64,000 nt of DNA, taken from positions 27,280,001 to 27,344,000 of the forward strand of contig CATNEN010000001.1 in the NCBI GenBank assembly GCA_950097015.1, read 5' to 3'. The notes below the pieces were generated by a model. The model was not told the origin of the DNA. It saw only the letters and a list, made by a program, of their open reading frames with translations, and made no database searches. This DNA is from Macrostomum hystrix. Its lineage: Eukaryota; Animalia; Platyhelminthes. Below are positions 12,450-25,739 of this stretch, piece after piece. Position numbers and translations under genes: made by a program. Each line of letters opens with the position of its first letter. Within the stretch, counting starts at the first letter, position 1.

Positions 12450-13230
12450 AAAATGGCACCCACTCAATAAAATGGCACCCACTCAAAAAAATGGCACCCA
12501 CTTAATAAAATGGCATCCACTCAATAAAATGGCATCCACTCAATAAAATGGCACCCACCTAATAAAATGGCACCCACTCAATAAAATGGCATCCACTCAA
12601 TAAAATGGCACCCACTTAATAAAATGGCACCCACTTAATAAAATGGCATCCACTCAATAAAATGGCACCCACCTAATAAAATGGCACCCACTCAATAAGA
12701 ATGGCATCCACTCAATAAAATGGCACCCACCTAATAAAATGGCACCCACCTAATAAAATGGCACCCACTCAATAAAATGGCACCCACTAAAAGAAAATGG
12801 CATCCACTCAATAAAAATGGCACCCACTCAATAAAATGGCACCCACCTAATAAAATGGCACCCACTCAATAAAATCGCACCCACTCAATCAAATGGCACC
12901 CACCTAATAAAATGGCACCTACTCAATAAAATGGCACCTACTCAATAAAATGGCACCCACTCAATAAAATGGCACCTACTCAATAAAATGGCACCTACTC
13001 AATAAAATGGCACCTACTCAATAAAATGGCACCCACTCAATAAAATGGCATCCACTCAATAAAATGGCACCCACCTAATAAAATGGCACCCACTCAATAA
13101 AATCGCACCCACTCAATCAAATGGCACCCACCTAATAAAATGGCACCTACTCAATAAAATGGCACCTACTCAATAAAATGGCACCTACTCAATAAAATGG
13201 CACCCACTCAATAAAATGGCACCCCACATT
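12450..13230. repeat. 19-bp minisatellite (AATAAAATGGCACCCACTC)n
   Basis: Tandem array, AAATGGC core. Confidence 0.96.
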
Positions 13231-13329
13231 AAAATAGCAACCCAGCTTATCTCTGCACAACAACCCTTAATAAAAATGGTGCCCATTGTAGGAAAATGGT
13301 AGCAATTGTAAAAAAGCACCAATTTTAGA

Positions 13330-13960
13330 AAAAAATGACACATTGAAAAAATGGCACCTATTGTTAGGAAATGGCACCAGCTGTAGAAAAATTGCACCTA
13401 TTGTTAGGAAATGGCACCAATTGTAGAAAAATGGCACCTATTGTTAGGAAATGGCACCAGCTGTAGAAAAATTGCACCTATTGTTAGGAAATGGCACCAA
13501 TTGTAGAAAAAAGGCACCTATTGTTAGGAAATGGCACCAATTGTAGAAAAATGGCACCTATTGTTAGGAAATGGCACCAGCTGTAGAAAAATGGCACCTA
13601 TTGTTAGGAAATGGCACCAATTGTAGGAAAATGGCACCTATTGTTAGGAAATGGCACCAGCTGTAGAAAAATGGCACCTATTGTTAGGAAATGGCACCAG
13701 CTGTAGGAAAATGGCACCTATTGTTAGGAAATGGCACCAATTGTAGGAAAATGGCACCTATTTTTAGGAAATGGCACCAATTGTAGAAACATGACACCTA
13801 TTGTTTGGAAATGGCACCAGCTGTAGAAAAATGGCACCTATTGTTAGGAAATGGCACCAGCTGTAGGAAAATGGCACCTATTGTTAGGAAATGGCACCAG
13901 CTGTAGGAAAATGGCACCTATTGTTAGGAAATGGCACCAATTGTAGGAAAATGGCACAAG
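13330..13960. repeat. 40-bp (2x20) minisatellite, AAATGGCACC core
   Basis: Alternating ATGGCACCTATTGTTAGGAA / ATGGCACCA[G/A][C/T]TGTAG[A/G]AAA. Confidence 0.95.
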
Positions 13961-14649
13961 TTTATTAAGAATCAAGGTACCCTATCAAAATGTTTCGAAA
14001 ATGGTCTCTGTTTAAATCAATAACTATCTAAAAAACACAGAAATTTCCAGGCAGGCTCAGCTGACCGACATTTTGGAAACTGGCAGATTATATTCGTACG
14101 GCAGGTGCCTCGGTGAGTTTATTGAGGTGCCATGATTGCGCAGTGTGTGAGAATATGATAATTAAAATGCGTGCAGCCCTCTGCTCTAGTGTGTTAGCTC
14201 AGAAACAATAAAATTTTTGAGAAGTCGTCATCAACTGCTTGAGTTGATCCTCATTTTCGGACCAGCTCAGAACTGGCGAATGGAGCTGCACCAAATGCGG
14301 AATCCACAACTGACCGCTAGAGGAGGAGCTGTTGCTGCTGGTGCCACTGCTCGTGGCATATTTACAACTGGGGTGCCCCACCGCCTCATTCCTTCTAAAA
14401 GAGGCAGTAAAATTTATACGATAGAACACATCAGGAAAATGATAATTTTACCGGCTGTAACTGCTCTGGCAAAGCTCATCGTTTTAATGGTCTCATGAGG
14501 CATTAAAAACATTTGCCAGCCCCAGATAATCCCTCAGTTGGTCTGGTGTCTGTTATATGAGTCTGCAGCTTGAGTCTAGATCTTCAGATCAAAGTACGGA
14601 GAAAAATACGAATTGAAACTGTTTCCGATAAGCGAATTGCCACTTTATT

Positions 14650-15650
14650 AAGGAAATGGCAGTTTCTAAGAAAAAATGCACTTTCTACGAGAAATGACAT
14701 TTCCTAAAATAAACAAAATTTTCTAAGAGAAATGACAATTTTTTTTCGAGAAATTGCATTTTCTACCAGAAGCGGCAGTTTCTGCGAGAAATGGAAGTTT
14801 CTACAAGAAATGGATTTTTTGCGAGAAATGGCAGTTTCTTTGAGAAATGGCAGTTTCTTTGAGAAATGGCAGTTTCTTTGAGAAATGGCAGTTTCTTTGA
14901 GAAATGGCAGTTTCTTTGAGAAATGGCAGTTTCTACAAGAAGCGGCAGTTTCCACGAGAAATGGATTTTCCACGAGAAATGGCAGTTTCCACGAGAAATG
15001 GCAGTTTCAACGAGAAATGGTAGTTTCTATGAGAAATGGCGGTTTCCACGAGAAATGGCGGTTTCCACGAGAAATGGCGGTTTCCACGAGAAATGGTAGT
15101 TTCTATGAGAAATGGCAGTTTCTTTGAGAAATGGCAGTTTCCACGAGAAATGGCAGTTTCTATGAGAAATGGCGGTTTCCACGAGAAATGGCAGTTTCTA
15201 CAAGAAGCGGCAGTTTCCACGAGAAATGGATTTTCTGCGAGAAATGGCAGTTTCTTTAAGAAATGGCAGTTTCAACGAGAAATGGCAGTTTCCACGAGAA
15301 ATGGCAGTTTCAACGAGAAATGGCAGTTTCAACGAGAAATGGCAGTTTCTACGAGAAATGGCAGTTTCTATGAGAAATGGCAGTTTCTATGAGAAATGGC
15401 GGTTTCTACGAGAAATGGCAGTTTCTACGAGAAATGGCGGTTTCTACGAGAAATGGTAGTTTCTACGAGAAATGGCAGTTTCTACGAGAAATGGCAGTTT
15501 CTATGAGAAATGGCGGTTTCTATGAGAAATGGCGGTTTCTATGAGAAATGGCGGTTTCTATGAGAAATGGCGGTTTCTATGAGAAATGGCGGTTTCTATG
15601 AGAAATGGCGGTTTCTATGAGAAATGGCGGTTTTTCTCGAGTAATGGCAC
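14650..15650. repeat. 19-bp minisatellite (GAGAAATGGC[A/G]GTTTCTA[C/T])n
   Basis: Tandem array, AAATGGC core. Confidence 0.96.
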
Positions 15651-15739
15651 TATGTACAAGAAATGACACATCGTAAGCGCAAATTTCTATAGGGAAATTT
15701 CTGAGTTACAAAACTGTCTTCCAGAACAGCATTTTCTAG

Positions 15740-15741
<2 letters not shown>

Positions 15742-15776
<35 letters not shown>
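15742..15776. repeat. (CAG)n microsatellite
   Basis: ~11 CAG units, non-coding context. Confidence 0.9.
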
Positions 15777-15777
<1 letters not shown>

Positions 15778-16199
15778 GCCTGCAGTGAGCAGTAATTGAG
15801 CAAGGCTGCTAAGAGCATGAGCGAGAGAGCATTGGGATTCGAGTCGTATACAGGGGATTTATTCCAACACAGTGTGGGATCTGCCGCATTAATTCATCCA
15901 ACACCATACAACTATTGGCTGAGCTGTTACAACAGCAAGCAGATGTTGACAGGCCTTTATATAGTCCATCTCAATTCCATCAATATGCAGCACTATTCGA
16001 CTAACTATGCAATTCTATGCAATTCTATGCAATTCTATGCAAATCTGTGGTGTACACCGCGGGAGTAAATGTACCCTAAAAAGCGAATATCAATAAGCTC
16101 AAACCCGACCTCTAGAAGTGCAAGTGGTGCACTTCTGCACGAACAGATTAGAAAGCTGATACAAAATATTGATTGACTGATTGATTGATAGTGATAAAG

Positions 16200-18135
16200 C
16201 GAGAGAGATTGGTAGATTGAGAGAATTAGAATGAATGAGGTAGAGTTATAGAGATAAATAAAGAGAGGTAGATTGAGAGAGGTAGAGTGAGAGAATTAGA
16301 ATGAATGAGGTAGAGTTATAGAGATAAATAAAGAGAGGTAGATTGAGAGAGGTAGAGTGAGAGAATTAGAATGAATGAGGTAGAGTTATAGAGATAAATA
16401 AAGAGAGGTAGATTGAGAGAGGTAGAGTGAGAGAATTAGAATGAATGAGGTAGAGTTATAGAGATAAATAAAGAGAGGTAGATTGAGAGAGGTAGAGTGA
16501 GAGAATTAGAATGAATGAGGTAGAGTTATAGAGATAAATAAAGAGAGGTAGATTGAGAGAGGTAGAGTGAGAGAGGTAGAGTGAGAGAGGTAGAGTGAGA
16601 GAGGTAGAGTGAGAGAGGTAGAGTGAGAGAGGTAGAGTGAGAGAGGTAGAGTGAGAGAGGTAGAGTGAGAGAGGTAGAGTGAGAGAGGTAGAGTGAGAGA
16701 GGTAGAGTGAGAGAATTAGAATGAATGAGGTAGAGTTATAGAGATAAATAAAGAGAGGTAGATTGAGAGAATTAGAATGAATGAGGTAGAGTTATAGAGA
16801 TAAATAAAGAGAGGTAGATTGAGAGAGGTAGAGTGAGAGAATTAGAATGAATGAGGTAGAGTTATAGAGATAAATAAAGAGAGGTAGATTGAGAGAGGTA
16901 GAGTGAGAGAATTAGAATGAATGAGGTAGAGTTATAGAGATAAATAAAGAGAGGTAGATTGAGAGAGGTAGAGTGAGAGAATTAGAATGAATGAGGTAGA
17001 GTTATAGAGATAAATAAAGAGAGGTAGATTGAGAGAGGTAGAGTGAGAGAATTAGAATGAATGAGGTAGAGTTATAGAGATAAATAAAGAGAGGTAGATT
17101 GAGAGAGGTAGAGTGAGAGAGGTAGAGTGAGAGAGGTAGAGTGAGAGAGGTAGAGTAAGAGAGGTAGAGTGAGAGAGGTAGAGTGAGAGAGGTAGAGTGA
17201 GAGAGGTAGAGTGAGAGAGGTAGAGTGAGAGAGGTAGAGTGAGAGAGGTAGAGTGAGAGAGGTGGAGTGACAGCGGTAGAGTGAGAGAGGTAGAGTGAGA
17301 GAGGTAGAGTGAGAGTGAGAGCGGTAGCGTGAGAGTGGTAGAGTGAGAGAGGTAGAGTGACAGCGGTAGAGTGAGAGAGGTAGATTTAGAGAGGTAGAGT
17401 GAGAGGGGTAGATTTAGAGAGGTAGAGTGAGAGGGGTAGAGTGAGAGAGGTAGAGTGACAGCGGTAGAGTGAGAGAGGTAGATTTAGAGAGGTAGAGTGA
17501 GAGGGGTAGAGTGAGAGAGGTAGAGTGACAGCGTTAGAGTGAGAGAGGTAGAGTGACAGCGGTAGAGTGAGAGGGGTAGAGTGAGAGGGGTAGAGTGAGA
17601 GAGGTAGAGTGAGAGAGGTAGAGTGAGAGAGGTAGAGTGAGAGAGGTAGAGTGACAGCGGTAGAGTGAGAGGGGTAGAGTGAGAGAGGTAGAGTGACAGC
17701 GGTAGAGTGAGAGGGGTAGAGTGAGAGGGGTAGAGTGAGAGGGGTAGAGTGAGAGAGGTAGAGTGAGAGAGGTAGAGTGAGAGAGGTAGAGTGAGAGAGG
17801 TAGAGTGACAGCGGTAGAGTGAGAGGGGTAGAGTGAGAGGGGTAGAGTGAGAGAGGTAGAGTGACAGCGGTTGAGTGAGAGAGGTAGAGTGAGAGAGGTA
17901 GAGTGAGAGAGGTAGAGTGACAGCGGTAGAGTGAGAGAGGTAGAGTGAGAGAGGTAGAGTGAGAGAGGTAGAGTGACAGCGGTAGAGTGAGAGAGGTAGA
18001 GTGACAGCGGTAGAGTGAGAGAGGTAGAGTGAGAGAGGTAGAGTGACAGCGGTAGAGTGAGAGAGGTAGAGTGAGAGAGGTAGAGTGACAGCGGTAGAGT
18101 GAGAGGGGTAGAGTGAGAGAGGTGGAGTGATAGCG
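16200..18135. repeat. Purine-rich 14-bp satellite (GAGAGGTAGAGTGA)n with a 70-bp higher-order unit in the left half
   Basis: GAGAATTAGA recurs at 16291, 16361, 16431, 16501 (period 70 = 5x14). Confidence 0.95.
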
Positions 18136-18906
18136 GCAAAGTTTTCCCTCTTGTTGCCTAGAAGCCATGAAACAAAATTTCAATAATGTTTTTAACATTG
18201 CAATTCAATTTGTTGACATTTTCCCAAACGCCGTTGCAAAGCAGCAAATTGAAGATCCCAAAACGCGATTCCCTCCACAGAGAAGATCCCAAGAGAAGGA
18301 TCCAACGCGCAGAAATTCAGCATCTGCAGACAGGCAGATAACAGCTAGCTGCCGCATTTTCCTAAACTAAATGCCAATTTATTATTTGGATAGGCAAAGG
18401 AACCGACTGCGCGTCTTGTATTCCCTAGCCATCCAATTTGAGAAGACGGACTGGGCTGGGACCCAAGTTTTATTGCCTCAAGCACGATCGAATAATTTGG
18501 GGCAAGAAAAATTGTTAGAATTAAAGATCCTTAGAGAGAAGACAAATGGGAAGAGGAAGGAAGGGATTAGGGATAGCCGGACACTGCCAGAGCTGCTCAC
18601 ATCCCGCGTCCTCTCAATCGGCCTCTCAATTAGGACCCTTTGCTTGACCCGCCCAGCCACTTGACTGACTGAGTCAAACAAATTTGCAAACACCAGCGAG
18701 CAGCACAGCAGACTTGGCCTCTTTACACATCACTGCCCATGCTGCATTTGCCAGCCAAGTCTTTTAGCAATGGCCCGCGCAGACTTTAAATAACTTCCTC
18801 CATCGAAAGAAAGCTTCATTTTTAAGCCGGGGAAGCCCCACTGTAGATTGTCTTTCGTGCTTTTTCTTGAAATAATTTTGCTTTGAAAAAGTTTCCGCAC
18901 TGATGA

Positions 18907-19314
<408 letters not shown>

Positions 19315-19315
19315 G

Positions 19316-19589
19316 TTCCCGACTCCACTGGAACAATTTGCGTCCTTTAGCAAGACACTTAACTCTGCATTGCTTCAGTTCACCCAGCTGTTAAATGGGT
19401 GAACTAGCTGCCCCCAGCTGGGTACCAGCATCAGCTGGGATAATTGAAGGTGGGTGTGGCGTCCCCCCAGTCCGTGGACTGAACAGCTGTACGCAGCCTT
19501 CAGATGCGGCGCGCATTAGCTGCGGCTGTGCTGTCGGCTGCACATCTGACCCAATTGGGGCAGGTGTAATCAATTATTATTATTATTAT

Positions 19590-19593
<4 letters not shown>
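19316..19593 (+). mobile_element. 5'-truncated copy of SINE family A (CORE-like) inserted in (TATC)n
   Basis: Near-identical to 48584-48820; begins inside the B box; (ATT)n tail; carries an extra ~22 bp after AAATGGGT. Confidence 0.9.
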
Positions 19594-19649
<56 letters not shown>

Positions 19650-19650
19650 G

Positions 19651-19685
<35 letters not shown>

Positions 19686-19758
19686 GTCTATCTATCTATC
19701 TATCCATCGATTTATCTATCTATCTATCTATCTATCTATCTGTCTATCTCTCTATCTC

Positions 19759-19792
<34 letters not shown>

Positions 19793-19846
19793 CATCCATC
19801 GATTTATCTATCTATCTATCTATCTATCCATCTATCTATCTATCTA
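19594..19846. repeat. (TATC)n microsatellite
   Basis: Direct inspection. Confidence 0.97.
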
Positions 19847-21387
19847 TTTGGTATCCAGTTGAAAAAATGTGTCTCCAATCAAGATTCGGGCACAGCCATC
19901 CGGTATGGCTGACCTGGCTGTCATATCTTCCCAAATGATATCATTATGATTTATCAATGTCACCTTGAGTGTCATCCAAGTGCTTCATTAGTTGGAAATT
20001 CTCGGCAATTTCGCATTGATTGACGCCGTATTTTGGTGCGACCTTGGACCCACCAGTCCTGAGCAGGGGGCCGCGGTTGGCAACTAAAATTCATTGTGCC
20101 GTACGAAGAATTCTCCCATCTGACTTTGCAGGAGTCGTAAATCTCATCTTTGAGATTTCTCTCCAATCTAAGAATAACCGAAATGATGTGACAGACGCAA
20201 TGCGCTCCATATTCTCAAGCCACGTGACCCGCTGCTCAAATTGACTTTCTTTAGCGGCTACTCAGACCACCGGGCCTCGACATTTGGCCGAACGTGCGCG
20301 GCCTCACACACACTCACACTTCAATTGGCTGCCTCAGAACCGCTATGGGTAACGGGCCAAATTTATACTCGTATATTTATAGTTATATATTTGTGTGATT
20401 CCTGGAATTTTGATGGCTTGTAGGCAAGGCCAGTCAGTCTGCTATCATTCTCAAAGAATTTTTTCTGATATTTGCCGTTTGAAAATGGCCATCGCGTTGC
20501 AAATATATCCCAATATTTTCAAATTATTTTAAAGTACTCGAAATGAAAAATTAGGGATTTGAATATTTTTAGGGAGTAAAATAAAATGATTCTGTATTAA
20601 ACCCTATATGGCGAATCCAATATTAAAACAGTTAACTTTATCATTTGTATAGTATAATAATAGAACATTTTGAAAGCACAGAGATGATGCCATTTTGTGC
20701 GAGGATCGTTGAATATCTTGACTATGCCGATGCTTTGTGATTCTGGAAGTTGTTTCATCGGTTTGAACGGAAATATTTTGCCGCGTTTGAATATTTTGGG
20801 AGATTCAGAAAAATGTGTGCATTAAAAATATCCCAGAGGTCTCTATGTGTTAAGGTAGGCAATTTAGGCTAATCCTTTGATACACACACACAGCTTCATC
20901 AAATTAGTTGCTTAAGCAGAGCCCACTGCAGGTAGGTGAGGTGGCGGGCGGATGCAGGACAGGCGGAGGGAGCCGTGATACAGCATTCAAATCAGGTCTT
21001 AGAATGCTAATTTCTTGCCAATCGAATATAGGGATAATATTCCCAGATCTGCTGCAGCAAGATGACTATAGGATGTGAGATCCGCCATTGATTGGCGAAC
21101 AATTGCTACAAAACCTTTCATAATTGTATTTGTTATAACGAGGCCCCGGTGAAGTGAAAGTGAAGCAGGTGCCTATTCGTGACACCGCATCAGCATCAGC
21201 CAGGACCTGCAGAATTTGAATAATCCGCTGCCTGAATCTGCATAAAGCCTTCAGGGGTGCTGAGACCTTCTCCAAACAGTCAGTCAGTGTGCTCAAGGAC
21301 TTTCCCAGTGTGATTACTCAGCTAAGGCAAATTAAAGAATTGTTTATTTAACTTGGGGTCCTCCCGGAACTGAGGCTGTGCTGCCTT

Positions 21388-21496
21388 GGTTGTAGCCTAG
21401 TGGCTAGAGCGTCGGACTCACGAATTGAAGGTCGGGGGTTCGATTCCCGACCCACTGGAGCAATTTGCTCCGGCATTAACCTTCAGCCTCCTTTTT
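21388..21496 (+). mobile_element. tRNA-derived head shared with SINE family A, followed by a divergent short body and T5
   Basis: A box TAGCCTAGTGG 21393-21403, B box GGTTCGATTCC 21437-21447, hairpin GGAGCAATTTGCTCC 21457-21471, TTTTT 21492-21496; head ~90% identical to 48528-48610. Confidence 0.8.
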
Positions 21497-22094
21497 GCTC
21501 AACGGAGTGGCCCCAGCCTAATGTCAGTGCCAACCATTGCAGCGTGAGGCCGCTTGCTTAGACTAAAAAAGTCACTTTTTCTATCTATATAAGATTTGAG
21601 ATTATAAATTAGCATCTAATTAACTGCAGTGTTTATATAAACACAGAACAAAAATGAGACACAGAGCAAAAGAAGTCAAGGACAAAACTAAGGCAGAGGG
21701 CCCCAAGGTGTAACTCGATATAAAACAGCGCTTCGCTTGGCCAAGCTCGTTTTGGAGCTGTCTTCTTTCGCTTTACCTTTCAGGTGTCCAAATTCTTGGC
21801 GAACGGAAAAGCCAGACTGGCAAAACTGGCTTCGGGTTGTGCGCAATAAACACCGCCTCTTTCGCGAGCCAACAAATTCACCCATGAGAAGGGACCATGA
21901 GCGCTTCGCTAGGCAACAAAAAATTCAACAATTTCGCCAGAGCTGTCTCCCTGTTTCTCACCTGAAATCGGACACCTAAACTGAACCAACCCAACCCCTG
22001 CCCAAAAACATGCGCCACAAAAAACATGGGAGAGGGTCACCGAAGTGTGTCCACTGAAACAAACTGCCGGCACAAATAGTTTGCCGCAGCGCCC

Positions 22095-22545
22095 CAGCCA
22101 ATGAGCGGCCTAGGCGGAGCGAGGACGCGCGCGATTGGCTCTGGCAAGGGCACACCAGATTGTGTGGCTTCTCCTCTAGCAGCAGAGTCTGGCCTCGGGC
22201 CTCCACTCCACCCTGTGAGCACAGGGCGGTGCTCACTCACTTCCACTGGAAAGTGCCGACCCACCCCACCGCCGGGAGGGCAGCCGCCCCAGAGGCCGGG
22301 GCGCCCGGGAGCCAACCAGACCCGGCTGAGCAATTTGAATATGGCGGGCAGCCACCTCCAGCCACCCCCTGCTTCAGTTTGCCAATAAGGCTAGGGCTGC
22401 CTTTAAACCCGGGCCACTGGCAGTTTTTTTGCATCGCTTAGCAATTCTCTCAGCCTTCTCTGCTTTGAATTAGCATTTTTGATTTCCCCTCAGCATCGAA
22501 GCCAGAGCGCATTCTCAATTTAAGTTATGCAAATAATTTGCAAAT
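22095..22545 (+). promoter_or_regulatory. Putative GC-rich POU gene promoter/5' region with CCAAT boxes and octamer site
   Basis: CCAAT ~22099, ATTGG ~22134, CCAAT ~22382; ATGCAAAT 22527-22534 followed by ATTTGCAAAT 22536-22545. Confidence 0.5.
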
Positions 22546-22696
22546 AGATTTCAGTTATTATTATTGTTGGCCCATTCTCCAATTCAAATCGGGCCATCGC
22601 ATCTTCGACCGATTTCAATACGCAGATTAGCCCCAAGTCTAGTTAGCATATTTTACTAATTGGCCATTGTGTGCACTTGAGCCAGTTCTTAAACTC

Positions 22697-23019
22697 ATGG
22701 CTGCGAGCGTCACTCACGGAAATCTCAGCGGAGGCGGCGGTGGCGGCGGCGGCGGGCTAGACCCGTACGCCATGTACAAGAGCCAGTTCCCGACCGTGCC
22801 TTCGCCGCACTCAGGCATGTCGGCGGCGCTGGCGCCAAGCGCCGGGCCTCCAGCTGGGGGCTTCTACCAGCACCAGCAGAGCGCGGCGGCTGTTGCTGCG
22901 GCTGCAGCGGCGGCGGTCCCAAACTGCGTCGGCGTGCCGAACGGAAGCGGCTACTATGACAGCCCCTGGTCGATGTGGCACACAATGCAGCCAGTGTTGC
23001 AGCAGCAACAACAACATCA

Positions 23020-23050
<31 letters not shown>

Positions 23051-23503
23051 CAACAGCAGCAGCAGCAGCTACGGCAGAAGCATTCTCCGATGCTCGACTT
23101 CGGGATGCAGGCGGCGGCGGCGGCCGCAGCGGCGGCCGCTCTGCCTTGCAACGGCAGCAACAGCAGCGGCAGCAGCGGCCACAGCAGCAGCAGCAGCGCC
23201 TCTGACTACAGAAGCGGTCAGCTGGCCGGTCACCATCAGATGCACTGGTCTCCGTTCCAGCCTCACGATCCGCAGGCGCTGCATCAGCCACAGCCAATGC
23301 ACGCTCAGCAGCAGATGGTTTCAGGCAGCTGGTACCGCGAAGTCAATGGCGGCCTCCCAATGGCCTCCTCACCGGATCTGCATCAGGACACCCACCTTCA
23401 ACACCACAGTCATCATCACCAGATTCAGCAGCTGCAGCAGCAGCAGCAGCAGCAGCAGCATCACCACCTCATGGGAGCGATGAGCGATCCCGCTGCCCCA
23501 GGC

Positions 23504-23536
<33 letters not shown>

Positions 23537-24430
23537 TCGGAGCCGGGAGAAGCGCCCAGCTCAGACGACCTGGAGCAGTTCGCGAAGATGTTCAAACAGA
23601 GGCGCATCAAGCTGGGCTACACTCAGGCGGATGTCGGCTTGGCCCTCGGCACCCTGTACGGCAACGTGTTCAGCCAGACCACCATCTGCCGGTTCGAGGC
23701 GCTGCAGTTGTCCTTCAAGAACATGTGCAAGCTGAAGCCGCTGCTCAGCAAGTGGCTGGAGGAGGCCGACAGCTCCACGGGGTCGCCGACCAACCTGGAC
23801 AAGATCGCCGCGCAGGGTCGCAAGCGGAAGAAGCGAACCAGCATCGAGTTGAGCACGAAGGGCGCCCTCGAGAGTCACTTCAGCCAGCACCAGAAGCCGG
23901 CCGCCCAGGAGATCACGCAGCTGGCCGACAGTCTGGGCCTGGAGAAGGAGGTCGTGCGGGTCTGGTTCTGCAATCGGCGCCAGAAGGAGAAGCGGATGAC
24001 CCCGCCCAACAACCTGCCGCCCGGCTGCTCGGCCAAGCGGGCGAAGGGTCAGCACGGCCGGCTGCGGCACTCGTCCTCCGACTCCGGCAACACCAACATC
24101 AGCTCGCCTGAGGGCTCCTGTGACCAGGACGACTCGCTCATCATGCAGCCTCTGCAGCACCCGCTCCAGATGCAGCAGCAGCAGCCGCAGCTCCATCATC
24201 ATCAGCTACAGCAGCATCATCTGGCAGTCTCTGAGCATCACCAGCTGCAGCAGCATCATCAGATGGCCTACAGTAGCGGGGCCGTGGCATCCTACACAGC
24301 TGACCTGCTGTACGCCTCGGAACCACAGCACCAGCCACCTCAGCAGCAGCACCAGCCACCTCAGCAGCAGCAGCAGCAGCAGCAGCAACTGCAACAACGA
24401 GCATCGCCAGGTGTGAAGTGTGAGCCCTGA
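22697..24430 (+). CDS. POU3F: Class III POU-domain transcription factor (Brn-1/Brn-2/vvl-like), intronless, 577 aa
   Basis: POU-specific domain [62 protein letters not shown]; class III linker [16 protein letters not shown]; homeodomain [10 protein letters not shown]...[16 protein letters not shown]; first ATG at 22697 (track start 22667 is TTG); polyQ/A/G tracts. Confidence 0.97.
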
Positions 24431-25739
24431 TAACTTTGAGCCCATCAAATTCGAATTCCCAGTGCATCTGAACTCGCTAAAAAACGGTTTCAAAATGGGC
24501 TGCAATTTCACAAGAGACTGCCGCACCGGAGCTATTTTCAACCCCCACTCCGATAGCTGGAGCTGTGTCTGATGCATCACCGTTTTTTCAGTATTTCTCC
24601 TTCGCACTTTGATTAAAACAAAGCAACACAAAAAAAATAATTTCCTTTTTTGTTCTATTCAGCTTTGAAATCATTTAAAAGCTTAATTGCTAGAAGCACA
24701 CACAGCAGATGCGCGTTCTCAGCTAAACTCCTATATTATCTGGCCTAGAGTGTTACGCAATAATTTGATTCTCTCTGATGCTTACAATTCTTCTTTTTAT
24801 GCGGAGGGTGACGAAAGCAATGCGAACAGTAAACAATGCTTTATATTGATGCATATGTACCTGCTTGTATGCAGCTAACGTGCTTTTATCAGAAGCCATC
24901 TTTAGAGTGCGCACTCCTGCTGCAAACTGCCCTACCCACAACTCAACTGATGAACTATTTGCTATAACTGTACCATACAACACTTGAGTAAACTGGATCA
25001 TTTAGCCGTATACTCTATGCCGTGTAGCAATTTTCTGAAAACTCACAACTGTCAGAAATTCTAGTTATTTTTTAGTTCTCTTTTTGCTTTCAAAGAACAG
25101 TCACAAAAGCACCTCATTAGCCATCATCGGCTGCTGCTGGCGGGTTTTAAAAGGCAATTTAGTGCGGTTGCACCTTTAATTATTACTCAACTATATAGGT
25201 GTGAGTCTAGTCTGAGATGAAAGCCAAGCCGCATCTATAGTCTCTGAGCACAGCTAACACAATTCTGTTGAGTGCTTGAGCATATGTAACGCACAGCAAA
25301 AGTCAAGCATGTGAGTGAGTACAGCCACCTACCGCAACAGGCCAAAGAAGTATAGCTCACACCCCAGGACTTTGTTAATCTCATCTGCTCTGCAGCGATA
25401 TGCTCAAGTACGAGTATAATATAAAAATGCAACAGACATAAATATTACAAATAAAAAAAGAGAATAAAGTATTTTTTCTGTCTGTGAATACAGGCCATTG
25501 TGTGGAACCCTGCGGCCAGAACCACTCGCATACAGGCGTGATATGCCTTGACTCATACTCTTCAACTGCGCTGGCATTATGAGCCTGTGATTGTGTGCGT
25601 GTGATGGTGGTTAGTCAGACAGACAAAAGAAAGCAATTGAGAATTCTGAGATGAAGCTGGCCGGCCATTGAAACTTTTAAAAGAAAGAGTTAAAAACTAA
25701 CTTCTGAGGTGAGAGGAAAGGGTGAGAAGAGATATGTAA

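Noticed and set aside
21388-21460. Possible genuine tRNA genes (also 48528, 11541, 57736)
   Set aside because: A/B boxes present but acceptor and anticodon stems do not pair; these are SINE-type heads
22725-24631. Overlapping antisense and alternative-frame ORFs over the POU gene (likewise over ZMIZ)
   Set aside because: Shadow ORFs from GC-rich codons and CAG tracts
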